Assembly: GCA_947166445.1 (NCBI GenBank)
Contig: CAMVED010000002.1
Location: 6,314-70,313 of the forward strand
Length of the DNA stretch: 64,000 nt
Origin: an uncultured Mycoplasmatota bacterium
GTDB lineage: Bacteria; Bacillota_I; Bacilli_A; RF39; UBA660
Direction: 5' to 3'
The notes beneath the pieces are model-generated. The model searched no databases. It had not been told where the DNA came from and saw nothing but the letters and a program-made list of their open reading frames with translations. The position numbers and the translations under genes are program-made. Below, piece after piece: positions 1 through 9,300 of the stretch (position 1 is its first letter; every line of letters starts with the position of its first letter).

Positions 1-12
1 TTCTCTATCCAT
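1..12 (-). CDS. possible 5' end of a CDS running off the left edge
   Basis: ATG (revcomp of cat 10-12) with a GGTGA SD at 18-22. Only 4 codons are visible. Confidence 0.3.
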
Positions 13-40
13 TATTATCACCTATTATCATATATATATA

Positions 41-69
41 ATTATATCTTTTTTGTAGATTTTTTGCAA
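41..69 (-). promoter_or_regulatory. sigma-A-like promoter TTGCAA-17-TATAAT
   Basis: Minus-strand TTGCAA (64-69) and TATAAT (41-46) with a 17-nt spacer, upstream of the putative ATG at 12. Confidence 0.4.
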
Positions 70-102
70 GTAAAATATGCCTTTTTTCTACACTTTTTTT
101 AT

Positions 103-136
103 AAAAAAAGAACTATTATAAAAATATAATAATTCT
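103..136 (-). terminator. rho-independent terminator of the DHHW gene
   Basis: 12-bp stem (agaactattata / tataataattct, one mismatch), aaaa loop, then a T-run on the minus strand (A-run 103-109 on plus). Confidence 0.7.
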
Positions 137-185
137 ATCAAGATAACGACTAATGATATAGTAAAAAATCTTGTTTTAATTTTTG

Positions 186-1313
186 CTAATAACCTAAATG
201 GAGTTTTATTTGCTGTATGGAAAAAGCATTATTGGATTGTGCTGGCACAAAAACAACATAATCTATATCATTTTCATTAACATAATCATTTATAGATTTT
301 CCAGATTTATTGTGTCTATAATCTATTGATGTCATCAATTCATAACTTGGTAGTGAAAGAGCTTCTAAAATATTTGTATATGAGGAACCCACATACATAA
401 TTTTTTTATTGTTTTTTACACTAGTAATTATCTTAGTATATGCCATGTCACCTTCCATATATGCATCTTCATATGAATGACCTTTACCATAGATCTTTTT
501 ATTACTCAGCTTATTATTTTCGTATCTTATATAATTAATATCAATTTTAGGCACTATATATAAATCTTCAGGTTTTGCCTTTACAGTTTGCCCAAGTTGC
601 CTATTGTAACCTCCATTTACTATAGTTTGTTTTATATCGAATGTATTCTCTAAAGAATAAGTGCTTACACCTGTATTTTTATTTATTTCATTCAGAAGTA
701 AATATGCACATCTTGGAGTTATATGATGATCGTTGGAATAGTAACAATTATAAACACCATTTTGTTCAAACACTTCATAGGCATTTATAAATACTATACT
801 ATCATTTAAAGTTTCTTTAGCTATACTAACTTGTTTTTGATATATACTATAGCTAGAATTATAATTGTTTGGTAAATCATTTCTCATATATGCATCTTTT
901 CTAGGAATAGACAAAAATATAAACTTAGCATTTGTAGACTCTGCTACTTCATTTACTTTTTTTAATACTTTTTCTAGGTTTTTATAATAACTTGAAGGTG
1001 GAATAATCTCACTAGGACTATATAACTGATTATTGTTACCTTTTACAGCATCTCCATAATATCTTTGAAAATTAAACAAGAAATATCCTTTAACTAAGTA
1101 TTTACGGAACGCCAACTGATCACTAAAGGCATTAGTTAGTATATCATAATAGTTTTTTGAAATAATACTTTGTACACTTATTTTAGGAAATGTTGTTAGT
1201 TTTCTTCTTTCTACTTGACTATACTTTTTATTATTAGAAAGTGTCATTATCATAAAAAGCATTAGAATAAATACAAATATACAAATAAATATCTTTTTTA
1301 TTTTATTCTCCAT
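186..1313 (-). CDS. DHHW-family-like protein, extracytoplasmic partner of the adjacent MBOAT
   Basis: 375-aa ORF with an N-terminal TM anchor and an NDHHITPRCAYLL motif. It starts 12 nt after the MBOAT stop, the usual pairing for this family. Confidence 0.75.
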   Translation of the reverse strand: MENKIKKIFICIFVFILMLFMIMTLSNNKKYSQVERRKLTTFPKISVQSIISKNYYDILTNAFSDQLAFRKYLVKGYFLFNFQRYYGDAVKGNNNQLYSPSEIIPPSSYYKNLEKVLKKVNEVAESTNAKFIFLSIPRKDAYMRNDLPNNYNSSYSIYQKQVSIAKETLNDSIVFINAYEVFEQNGVYNCYYSNDHHITPRCAYLLLNEINKNTGVSTYSLENTFDIKQTIVNGGYNRQLGQTVKAKPEDLYIVPKIDINYIRYENNKLSNKKIYGKGHSYEDAYMEGDMAYTKIITSVKNNKKIMYVGSSYTNILEALSLPSYELMTSIDYRHNKSGKSINDYVNENDIDYVVFVPAQSNNAFSIQQIKLHLGY

Positions 1314-1325
1314 AATAACTCCTTT

Positions 1326-2726
1326 CTAAAATCTAAAATATATAAATGGATTATAACTTGAATATGCTAAAAACATAATTGTTATTATAAATATAATTAT
1401 TAAAAATGAGTAATGAAAAACAGTTAGAACTTCTTTTATTTTTTTTCCTTTCATTTTATCTATTTTTTCAGTGATTTTATAATAGATTGGTGTTTGAAAT
1501 AAGAAAGCAAGAATAAAGTATACCCAGTAACTTTCAATATAGACTGATAATTCATTTAAAGAAAAACTAGTTATATTAAAAGAAAATAATGATTTAAAAT
1601 ATAAAACTAGTGATGACAAATTATCGCACCTAAATATAACCCATCCTATGTAGACGATAATTAAAGTATACAAATGTGATAAAAAACTAGGAATCTTCTT
1701 TAAGATATTCTTTAATATGTATTTTTCTAATACTAAGAACACAAAATAGTATAATCCCCAAATTATAAAGTTCCACTCAGCTCCGTGCCAAAAACCTGTT
1801 AAAGTCCAAACTATAAACATGTTAATGATTTGTCTTTTTGGACCTTTTCTATTACCTCCGAGTGGTATATAGACATAGTCTTTAAACCATGTGGAAAGTG
1901 ATATGTGCCAGCGCCTCCAAAACTCTGTTATACTTTTTGATATATATGGAAAATTAAAGTTTTCTAAGAATTTAAACCCAAATATTCTTCCCATTCCTAT
2001 AGCCATATCTGAATATGCTGAAAAGTCAAAATAAATTTGAAACATGTAAGCAAGTCCACCTAAGAACGCAATTGGACTAGATAAATTATTAGATAAAAAT
2101 ATGGTATCGGCAAGTTTACCCATTTGATTAGCAATTATAACTTTTTTAGAAAGTCCTAGTATAAATCTTTCTATACCATAACAAAAATCATCAAATGTCG
2201 TTTTTCTATTTTTTAATTCTTTTTCTATAGTTTCATATCTAACTATAGGACCTGCTACCAGTTGAGGAAATAATGATACATATAAAAGTAATGTTAAAAA
2301 GTTTTTTTGAAGAGTTACTTTCTTTCTATAGACGTCTATTACATAGCTCATAGCTTGAAAAGTATAAAATGATATACCAATTGGAAGTATTATTTTAGGA
2401 ACATGTAAATCTATATTAAATAAACTATTTATATTTTCTATAAAGAATCCAGTATATTTAAAATAAACTAGTATTCCTATATTCAAAGTAATAGTTAAAA
2501 ATAGAAATAGTTTTCTTTTATTGGTTTTATCTATTAGAATAGCTCCTAAATAGTCAATTAAAACTACTAAAATGAGCAATAATAAATATTTTGGCCCTCC
2601 GAATAGATAGAAAATAATACTAAATATTAATAAGACATAGTTCTTAAACTTTTCTGGTACTATAAAATAAAAAAGAAGAACTAGTGGTAAAAATAGAAAT
2701 ATAAATATACTACTTGAAAAAACCAT
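1326..2726 (-). CDS. MBOAT-family membrane O-acyltransferase (AlgI/DltB/PatA-like)
   Basis: 466 aa, polytopic. Conserved region FWRRWHISLSTWFKDYVYIPLGGNR with the catalytic-type His. Confidence 0.9.
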   Translation of the reverse strand: MVFSSSIFIFLFLPLVLLFYFIVPEKFKNYVLLIFSIIFYLFGGPKYLLLLILVVLIDYLGAILIDKTNKRKLFLFLTITLNIGILVYFKYTGFFIENINSLFNIDLHVPKIILPIGISFYTFQAMSYVIDVYRKKVTLQKNFLTLLLYVSLFPQLVAGPIVRYETIEKELKNRKTTFDDFCYGIERFILGLSKKVIIANQMGKLADTIFLSNNLSSPIAFLGGLAYMFQIYFDFSAYSDMAIGMGRIFGFKFLENFNFPYISKSITEFWRRWHISLSTWFKDYVYIPLGGNRKGPKRQIINMFIVWTLTGFWHGAEWNFIIWGLYYFVFLVLEKYILKNILKKIPSFLSHLYTLIIVYIGWVIFRCDNLSSLVLYFKSLFSFNITSFSLNELSVYIESYWVYFILAFLFQTPIYYKITEKIDKMKGKKIKEVLTVFHYSFLIIIFIITIMFLAYSSYNPFIYFRF

Positions 2727-2737
2727 ATAGTCCTCCT

Positions 2738-3946
2738 TTAAAAATTAAACATTAACCATTCATATTTAAATATCATTAAAAGTCCAATAATAATCATTAT
2801 TATTCCTCCAATTAGATGAGAATATTTAGTATATTTATTACTAATTGCAGTTATTTTCAATGTTTTCATTGCTATGAAAAATATTACTAAATCATCTATC
2901 AAAAAGAAGAACACATATAAAAGTATGTAAGCTACTTTAGCTATACCTTTTATATTATTAAGACTAAGTATTTCTGTAAATACAACAGGAAGTCCTAATG
3001 AACATAATAGTTCTATTAAGTTTACTGAAACTGCTAAAAGCATTATACCTAATAGTGAAAGAACAAAACTATTGTTAGCTAAAATATTTTTTATTCTAAC
3101 CATTATTTTTTTTCTTTGATCTTTATTTACTACATCGCACCCTGCTTCATTTCTCGTTTTAATATATCTATAAATATTATATCCACCAAAGCAAAGAGCA
3201 AATAATGCAACTAAATATTTTAAAACAGTTATGCTATTAATAAATGTTGCTACTTGTAAAAATCCTATCATAAATAGAAAATAGACAAAAGCACTTGTAA
3301 ACAAAAAAGTACAACCTAGAATCCACATTTTCTTTCGATCTTTATAATCAAATAACATGGTAATTAAAAATATTAGTATCCACATAGCACATGGATTAAA
3401 ACCATCGACAAGGCCTATTACAATTGCTATTATAGGCAAAGATAAATTTTTTAAATCAACTTTTCCTATAAGAGGAATATCTATTTTAGTGTTTACACTT
3501 TGTTCTTTTTTTCCATTATTATTCTCTATAGTTTTATCTTTATCTTTTTCGTTAGTTACTCCAAGGACTACTCCGATATCATCTATATAACCATTTGTTT
3601 TTACATCTTTTATAGCTTCATCTACAGTTTCTTCCCAAGAAGATGTTTCGTTATATCCTTGGAATAATTTATCACCAATTATAAAATATGGAACACCTTT
3701 TGCTTCTTTTCCTGTAATATCTTGAACTTTTTTCCAAAGTTTTTGATTATCTTTGTTAAACCATACTTCGTATTTATAGATGTTTAAATCTTTGTCATTT
3801 TTATATTCTTTGTTAAGGTATTCTTCGAGTGCTGCACAATGGGGGCACCCATCACCATAAAAAAGATATATGTTTACCTCTTCTGCTTTTACTGCAAAAG
3901 GTAAAAGAAATAATACGAAAGTAAAAAAGAATAAAAATCTTTTCAT
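2738..3946 (-). CDS. extracytoplasmic thioredoxin domain fused to a CcdA/DsbD-like thiol-disulfide transporter
   Basis: Signal peptide, thioredoxin fold with CPHC, then about 6 TM segments carrying GFNPCAMW and ELLCSLGLP cysteines. Start moved to ATG 3946 (AGGTGA SD); the track start is a GTG inside that SD. Confidence 0.8.
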   Translation of the reverse strand: MKRFLFFFTFVLFLLPFAVKAEEVNIYLFYGDGCPHCAALEEYLNKEYKNDKDLNIYKYEVWFNKDNQKLWKKVQDITGKEAKGVPYFIIGDKLFQGYNETSSWEETVDEAIKDVKTNGYIDDIGVVLGVTNEKDKDKTIENNNGKKEQSVNTKIDIPLIGKVDLKNLSLPIIAIVIGLVDGFNPCAMWILIFLITMLFDYKDRKKMWILGCTFLFTSAFVYFLFMIGFLQVATFINSITVLKYLVALFALCFGGYNIYRYIKTRNEAGCDVVNKDQRKKIMVRIKNILANNSFVLSLLGIMLLAVSVNLIELLCSLGLPVVFTEILSLNNIKGIAKVAYILLYVFFFLIDDLVIFFIAMKTLKITAISNKYTKYSHLIGGIIMIIIGLLMIFKYEWLMFNF

Positions 3947-3947
3947 T

Positions 3948-4202
3948 TTACTCACCTAACTCTTTAATTTTTTCCTCAATTTGTTCATATGTTGATTCTC
4001 CAATTAATCTAGCATATTCGTTTCCTTCTTTGTCTAGAAAAATTAGAACAGGAAGTACACTACCCACTTCATATGGAACATCATCAAAATCATAATCATA
4101 TTCTTTAATGTATACTTTGTAATTTTCAAGTATTTTTTCTAAAGTATTATTTATTATTATACATGATGAACACGCAATTGATGAAACTTTTACTATTGTC
4201 AT
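3948..4202 (-). CDS. small cytoplasmic thioredoxin-fold protein (CSSC active site)
   Basis: 84 aa with beta-CxxC-alpha (VSSIACSSCII) and a cis-Pro-like VLPVLIF. Its ATG overlaps the upstream TGA as ATGA, with a GAAGGAG SD. Confidence 0.7.
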   Translation of the reverse strand: MTIVKVSSIACSSCIIINNTLEKILENYKVYIKEYDYDFDDVPYEVGSVLPVLIFLDKEGNEYARLIGESTYEQIEEKIKELGE

Positions 4203-5281
4203 TTTACCCACTCCTTCAATAGTTTAATAAATTGATCTAGTTCTTCTTTAGTAGTTTTATATGAAATGCTAACTCTGTTTGAAGATTCTGCCCTATCCAT
4301 ATCATGATAAAGTTCATTTACTACAAATGAATAACTTCCTGAAGAACAAGCTGTCTTTGAAGATATCAAAATACCATTATCAGAGAAATATTTTAATGTA
4401 TCTTCACTGTTCTTACCAAGAATACTGAAGTTAAGTATATGTGGTATAGAATGCTCATTTGAATTAATTAGTACTAAATCTTTTATATTATCTATTAAGT
4501 ATTTATTTAGTTCTTTTACTTTTTTATAGTGTTCATCTACATTTTTAACCGCTTCTTCAATTGCAATACTAGATGCAACTATAAGACCTGTCTGAGGTGT
4601 TCCACTTCTATAAATTGTAGTACTTTTTCCTCCGTGAATTAAAGGCACTATTCTAATGTTTTCTTTTTTTATAAGTCCACCAATACCACGAAATCCGAAG
4701 ATTTTATGCATTGAAAAGCTTGCTAAATCTACATTAGTTAAATCAACAGGAATTTTTCCAAGAGCTTGAGTTATATCACTATGGAAATATACATTAGGAT
4801 ATTTCTTTAAAAGTTCTCCTATTCCTTCGATATCTTGCCTAATACCTGTTTCAGAGTTAACTGCTCCGATTGATACTAATGTGGTTTCATCATCTATTAA
4901 ACTTATTAAGTGTTTTTGATCTATTAAACCGTTTTTATCAAGATTTACAAAATCTATTCTTATTCCTTTTGTTTGAAGATATCCAACAGGAGTTGTAATA
5001 GAAGAATGTTCTAGTTTTGTTGTTATAATATGATTAACATTTAGACCTTTTAAAACAGTGTTATTAGATTCACTAGCACCACTAGTAAAGATAATTTCAT
5101 TTTCTTTTATTCCTAAACATGAGCAAATAGTATTAACTGCTTTATCTATTTCTTCTTTACATTCTTTTCCTAAGTAATGATTGGAATTGGGATTAGCAAA
5201 ATACTTTTCTTCTGTTTCAGAAAACTTATCAATTACTTTTTTATCTGCTTTAGTAGTAGCAGAATAATCTAGATATATCAT
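4199..5281 (-). CDS. cysteine desulfurase, class V aminotransferase (NifS/IscS-like)
   Basis: SGASESNN, PLP-lysine context SFSMHKIFG, and the catalytic Cys loop SSKTACSSGS. Start moved to ATG 5281 (AAAGGTGA SD). Confidence 0.9.
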   Translation of the reverse strand: MIYLDYSATTKADKKVIDKFSETEEKYFANPNSNHYLGKECKEEIDKAVNTICSCLGIKENEIIFTSGASESNNTVLKGLNVNHIITTKLEHSSITTPVGYLQTKGIRIDFVNLDKNGLIDQKHLISLIDDETTLVSIGAVNSETGIRQDIEGIGELLKKYPNVYFHSDITQALGKIPVDLTNVDLASFSMHKIFGFRGIGGLIKKENIRIVPLIHGGKSTTIYRSGTPQTGLIVASSIAIEEAVKNVDEHYKKVKELNKYLIDNIKDLVLINSNEHSIPHILNFSILGKNSEDTLKYFSDNGILISSKTACSSGSYSFVVNELYHDMDRAESSNRVSISYKTTKEELDQFIKLLKEWVK

Positions 5282-5366
5282 AATAATCACCTTTTATAAT
5301 TATAACATATAACTATCTATATTTCTACAAATTTTATATTTATAAATAATAAAAAGGACATAAGTC

Positions 5367-5912
5367 CTAAATTAAATATTTAATAATTGCAACAGGTGTT
5401 AATAGTATTATTTTTAAATCTAATATGAATGATAAGTTATCACAATAAACTCTATCATATTTCAATTTATCATCGTGAGATATGTCTCTTCCTCCTTTTA
5501 CAAAGGCAAGTCCAGTCATACCAGGTCTTACTAAATAACGTTCTTTAGGAGGTTTTTTTGGTAATTCTTCTCCAGGTATAAAAGGACGAGGTCCTACTAT
5601 AGACATATCACCTTTTAGTACATTAAATAATTGCGGCAATTCATTCAAATGGGTTTTATCCATAAAATATGAAAACTTTGTATATCTTTCTCTATGTGAT
5701 AAATGATAAGAATCAAGTTTTCTGGTTCTAAACTTATACATCAAATAACTCTTTTGGTTTAAACCTTCTCTCATTCTTTTTTGATTCCATAAAGGGGCAC
5801 CAAGATTTACGTATAGAGATAATCCTACTATTATCATTAGTGGAAAAGTAATAATTATCAATAATAGAGAAACAATGATATCTAATATTCTTTTTATATA
5901 TTTTCTATACAT
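5367..5912 (-). CDS. small monotopic phosphoglycosyl (bacterial sugar) transferase, PglC/WbaP C-terminal type
   Basis: 181 aa with one N-terminal membrane helix and PQLFNVLKGDMSIVGPRPFIPGE. SD is GAGGAGG. Confidence 0.85.
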   Translation of the reverse strand: MYRKYIKRILDIIVSLLLIIITFPLMIIVGLSLYVNLGAPLWNQKRMREGLNQKSYLMYKFRTRKLDSYHLSHRERYTKFSYFMDKTHLNELPQLFNVLKGDMSIVGPRPFIPGEELPKKPPKERYLVRPGMTGLAFVKGGRDISHDDKLKYDRVYCDNLSFILDLKIILLTPVAIIKYLI

Positions 5913-5940
5913 TTGACTACCTCCTCTGTTTAATTATATC

Positions 5941-5984
5941 ATAAAAGAAGCAGAAAAAAGAACTATTATTTTTCTGTTTTATTT
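5941..5984. terminator. AT-rich hairpin with T-runs on both strands (bidirectional terminator-like)
   Basis: Stem cagaaaaa (5951-5958) / tttttctg (5969-5976) with a 10-nt loop. It is followed by ttttattt on plus and cttctttt on minus. Confidence 0.5.
5954..5975. repeat. 22-nt direct repeat, copy 1 (aaaaaagaactattatttttct)
   Basis: Identical to 6342-6363. The 16-nt core aaaaaagaactattat also occurs at 104-119. Confidence 0.9.
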
Positions 5985-6008
5985 AGTCAATAAACAAACT
6001 AACATTGC

Positions 6009-6037
6009 TTGCAAAAAAGTATATTTTATGTTATTAT
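6009..6037 (+). promoter_or_regulatory. promoter-like TTGCAA-17-TATTAT
   Basis: TTGCAA at 6009-6014 and TATTAT at 6032-6037. No plus-strand protein gene lies downstream. Confidence 0.5.
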
Positions 6038-6043
6038 GAATAT

Positions 6044-6155
6044 GTCAAGGAAACTTGCGTAAAATAAAAAGGAACATTCAATAGTGCTATGTTGAGTGTC
6101 GCCATATTATATGGTTTCCACCTAAACTATGCTATAGTTAGGTGGATTTCTTTTA
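6044..6155 (+). ncRNA. candidate small RNA of about 110 nt, convergent with the small-peptide ORF (antitoxin-like)
   Basis: Begins after the promoter above. Contains a CAAG-GAAA-CTTG tetraloop hairpin (6046-6057) and ends in hairpin ccacctaaactat/atagttaggtgg (6118-6145) followed by atttctttt. Confidence 0.4.
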
Positions 6156-6236
6156 TATTAAAACTATAAATAGTAATAATAGTAAAAGGAAGATAATTAC
6201 GATTAAGGAAGATATTAATATATCTTTCTTTTTCAT
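6153..6236 (-). CDS. 27-aa hydrophobic peptide MKKKDILISSLIVIIFLLLLLLFIVLI (type I toxin-like or small membrane protein)
   Basis: GGGAGG SD (6244-6249) lies 7 nt before ATG 6236, with TAA at 6153-6155. It has its own promoter and is too short for the supplied ORF track. Confidence 0.55.
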   Translation of the reverse strand: MKKKDILISSLIVIIFLLLLLLFIVLI

Positions 6237-6300
6237 TGTATCGCCTCCCTTCTTTATGAAGTTTGGCTCCACCCAACTTTATTAAATGTTCCTTAATATT

Positions 6301-6329
6301 ATTTTAACAAATATTTGTTCGCTATTCAA
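6301..6329 (-). promoter_or_regulatory. promoter TTGAAT-17-TAAAAT with an embedded 14-bp palindrome
   Basis: Minus-strand TTGAAT (6324-6329) and TAAAAT (6301-6306). The perfect palindrome aacaaatatttgtt (6306-6319) fills the spacer and touches the -10 element. Confidence 0.55.
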
Positions 6330-6340
6330 TGGTTTTATAT

Positions 6341-6369
6341 AAAAAAAGAACTATTATTTTTCTAGTTCT
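6341..6369 (-). terminator. rho-independent terminator of PFOR
   Basis: Stem agaacta/tagttct overlaps the last codons and is followed by a 7-T run on the minus strand. Confidence 0.7.
6342..6363. repeat. 22-nt direct repeat, copy 2
   Basis: Identical to 5954-5975. Forms part of the PFOR terminator. Confidence 0.9.
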
Positions 6370-9300
6370 TTTAATGATTCATAATAGTCTTTTATTTCTT
6401 GTTTATTTTTTTCAAGTAGTTCTTTATTTGATCTATATCTGTTTTCTCTTTTAAATAATTCATCTAGTTTATCAAACTCTGCACCTGAATCTACTGTAAA
6501 TTTGTTTGTTTCTGGATTATATCTAAATAATGGAAAATATCCAGATTGTGTAGCTAATTTTTGTTCTTTATTGCTGTCTTGCATTCCTGTTTTTATTCCG
6601 TGAGCTATGCAAGGAGCATATGCAATTATAATTGATGGGCCATCATATTTTTCAGCTTCAAGTATTGTTTTTAAAGTATGCATAGGATTTGCTCCAAGAG
6701 ATACTGTTCCTACATATACATGTGGATAAGCCATAGCTATTTTAGCTAAATCTTTTTTAGCTGTTTTCTTACCAGATGCTGCAAATTTTGCTATTGCACC
6801 ACTTCTTGTTGATTTAGATGATTGTCCTCCAGTGTTTGAATATACTTCAGTATCAAGGACTAGTATATTTACATTTTCCTTATTTGAAAGAACGTGATCT
6901 ATTCCTCCGAAACCTATGTCGTATGCCCAGCCATCTCCTCCAACAAGCCAAATACTTTTTTCTTTAATATATTTTTTATAAGGAATTATTGCTTTAAAAT
7001 TGTCATAATCTAAATTCTGATATACTTTTTCTGAAACTTCTTTTGAGTAATTTTCTAAGTATTCATTAATTAGTTCTTTATTCTTTTTATTTACTTTGCT
7101 TTTATTTTCTTCCATTATTTGTCTTATTCTGTTTTTCATATAGTCTTCTGCTACTCTTATACCAAATCCAAACTCAGCATTATCTTCGAAAAGTGAGTTT
7201 ACCCAAGGCGTGCTCCAAGGAGTATTAGGAAGTGATGCTCCATATATTGAAGAACATCCTGTTGCATTTGCAACCATTAAACTATCCTTAAATAGTTGTG
7301 AAATAAGTTTTAAATATGGGGTTTCACCACATCCTGCACAAGCTCCTGCAAACTCAAATTTTGGACTTATAAACTGAGAACCTTTTATAGAATTTTTATC
7401 CATTATATGTTTTTCTTCAATTGTTTTTAAATAATCGTATTTAATTTTTTCTTTTTCTTTTATTTTACCCATTTTAATAGCACCAGTAGGACAAATATTA
7501 GTACATAGTTTACAGCCTGTACAATCAAATGTAGATATTCCTACAGTATACATAAGTTCATTGCCTTTTATTTTAGCTTCTTTTGCATCTTTTTTTACTT
7601 CTTCTGGAGCGTTGTCATATTCTTCTTTAGTTAAAAGATATGGTCTTATTACAGCATGAGGACACACAAATGAACAAAGATTACACATTATACATTTTTC
7701 TTTATCATAACTTGGTGTTTCGTTAGAAAGGCCTCTTTTTTCAAGTTTAGATAGACCAGGTTCGCACACCCCGTCTTCTCTACCTGTAAAATGACTTACT
7801 TTTATTTCATTTGCTTTATCATGTTCAAGTAAAGAGAATACAGTATTTTCTACATCTTCTTGTTCCATTACTTTAATATCAGAAATATTTACTTCTTTTA
7901 TATTACTTAATGCATCATTTAAAGCATTAATATTTGATTTAACAACTGATTCACCTTTTTTAGAGAAATTTTTCTTTATCATTTTTGTAATATACTCTTT
8001 GGATTTTTTCTTATCAATTAAATTAGCTAGGTCTAGAATAACCATTTCCATAATCATACTTATTTTATTTGGAATACCATTCTTTTTAGCAATGCTTGAA
8101 GCATCAATGGTATAAACTTTTATGTTTCTATGTTTAACTATATCTATATAATAATCCGGTAAAGATATTTCATCACGCTCAGTATTTAGTATAAATATAC
8201 CATTATCTTTTATTTTAGAAATCATATCATATTTATTTAGATATGTGTCTTTAGAACATACTATTACACTAGGCTCTTCTACATAGTAAGAACTTTTTAT
8301 AGGTTTATCACTAAATCTTAAATGACTCTTTGTTACTCCACCACTTTTTTTAGAATCGTATTCAAAATAACCTTGAACATATTTATCAGTATTATCTCCA
8401 ATTATAGTTAAAATATCTTTAGAAGTTGTAACCATCCCATCTGATCCATATCCATAAATTAACATTTCATCGTAGTCTTTCTTTATTTTTAAAGGTTTTC
8501 TAGTTAAAGATAAATTAGTAACATCATCTATTATTCCTACAGTATATTCTTTTTTACCACTGCTGTTTTTCATATTTTCATAAACTGCATCAATATCAGA
8601 TAAATTAGTATCTTTTGAGGATAGTCCATATCTACCTGTAGTTACTTCAATATTAAGTCTTTTTGATTTTATTATTTCAAGCACATCTAAATACAGAGGC
8701 TCTCTGCCACCACTTTCTTTAGTTCTATTAAGAACTGATATCTTTTTAGTTGTCTTAGGAAGAACATTTAAAAAGTATTTACTAGAAAATGGTCTATATA
8801 AATGAACTTCAATTAAGCCTATTTTACTTTTCTTATAATCTATATATTCTTTTATAGTTTCACAAACTGAACCCATTGCTACAATGACATATTTTGCTCT
8901 TGGGTCTCCATAATAGTTGAATGGTTTATAGTTTTCTCCTGTTATTTCATTAATATCTTTCATATAATTATTTACTATATCAGGAAGGTTTTCATAAAAC
9001 TCATTTCTAGATTCAACGGCTTGAAAATAAATTGCATCACCTTGATTAGTACCTCTTGTAGTAGGATTATCTACATCAAGAGATCTATTTCTAAACTTAT
9101 TTAAAGCTTCTTTATCAATTAATTTCTTTACTTTTTCGAAATCTATTACGTCAATTTTGCTATACTCATGTGATGTTCTAAAGCCATCGAAAAAATTTAT
9201 AAATGGCACTTTACCTCTTATCGTAGATAAATAAGCAATATTAGTCAAATGCATTACTTGTTGTACAGAAGAAGATGACAGAATTGCAAAACCTGTGCCA

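Noticed and set aside
3357-3590. Plus-strand ORFs in the track lying antisense to long minus-strand genes. Examples: 3357-3590, 9486-9707, 11717-12130, 16157-17685, 19790-20614, 22905-23309, 26991-27431, 32433-32834, 35314-35646, 45699-46127, 47684-49472, 55396-56579 and 63084-63329. The same applies to minus-strand 29432-29647 and 30404-30613, which lie inside plus-strand genes.
   Set aside because: Each is fully embedded in a well-supported conserved gene on the other strand. They lack SD sequences and have low-complexity, S/F/L/I-rich translations typical of shadow frames in AT-rich DNA.
6089-6169. A plus-strand 26-codon ORF (MLSVAILYGFHLNYAIVRWISFILKL) inside the candidate sRNA.
   Set aside because: No SD at a usable distance, and the frame runs straight through the terminator hairpin. 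It is more likely non-coding.
6306-6319. The palindrome aacaaatatttgtt could be a LexA/Cheo box.
   Set aside because: The Cheo consensus is GAAC-N4-GTTC. Here the half-sites are separated by 8 nt and only one side reads GAAC. I treat it as an unassigned operator-like palindrome.
5954-6363. The repeated 22-mers could be a CRISPR-like array.
   Set aside because: There are only two full copies plus one partial copy 5.8 kb away. The repeats are A/T-rich terminator sequence, the spacing is irregular and no cas genes are present.
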